34,971 nt of DNA from Trueperaceae bacterium (lineage in GTDB: Bacteria; Deinococcota; Deinococci; Deinococcales; Trueperaceae): contig JBBDRK010000029.1 in assembly GCA_040905465.1 (NCBI GenBank), positions 110,165 to 145,135 of the forward strand, read 5' to 3'. The notes below the pieces were generated by a model. It had not been told where the DNA came from and made no database searches. It worked only from the letters and a program-made list of their open reading frames with translations. Each line of letters opens with the position of its first letter. Within the stretch, counting starts at the first letter, position 1. This document shows positions 34,902 to 34,971 of the stretch, piece by piece. The translations under genes were made by a program, and so were the position numbers.

Positions 34902-34971
34902 GACAAGGTCAACTCCGGCGAGCGGCAAGTCGGGCTGTCGAAATCGGCCGGCTCGGGGTCTCGAGTGCCTG

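Noticed and set aside
34141-34971. Integron attC sites
   Set aside because: No RYYYAAC...GTTRRRY boxes with the expected imperfect palindrome, and no integrase in the window

Overview
High-GC bacterial chromosomal window, most likely Deinococcota (Truepera-like). This rests on a Thermus-type homoisocitrate dehydrogenase, an EF-G2 and many leaderless TANNNT-N5-7-start promoters; it is inferred, not database-verified. 1-12.9 kb is a surface-polysaccharide locus: two paralogous lipoproteins of an unrecognised helical family, an O-antigen ligase/Wzy-like membrane protein, a GT2, an FG-GAP propeller lipoprotein, a sulfotransferase, and a four-gene CDP-sugar module (SDR, RfbC-type epimerase, COG4091 oxidoreductase, RfbF) with no RfbG. 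13-32.9 kb is mostly housekeeping or accessory: NYN, GNAT, metK, a HemC homologue missing its catalytic residues, orphan truncated HigA, EF-G2, CYTH, DUF2267, a USP fusion, glyA, HICDH, ftsX-envC without adjacent ftsE, a class III cyclase-AAA protein, a ring-cleaving dioxygenase, a Ser/Thr dehydratase, YhcB/ZapG-like DUF1043 and DUF421. 33-35 kb is a lower-GC toxin-antitoxin patch (MNT/HEPN and a repeat-flanked BrnT/BrnA-like pair). No rRNA, tRNA, CRISPR array, transposase or integrase was seen. The best novelty candidates are the twin lipoproteins with the sulfated/CDP-sugar glycan locus, and the HemC pseudo-enzyme.
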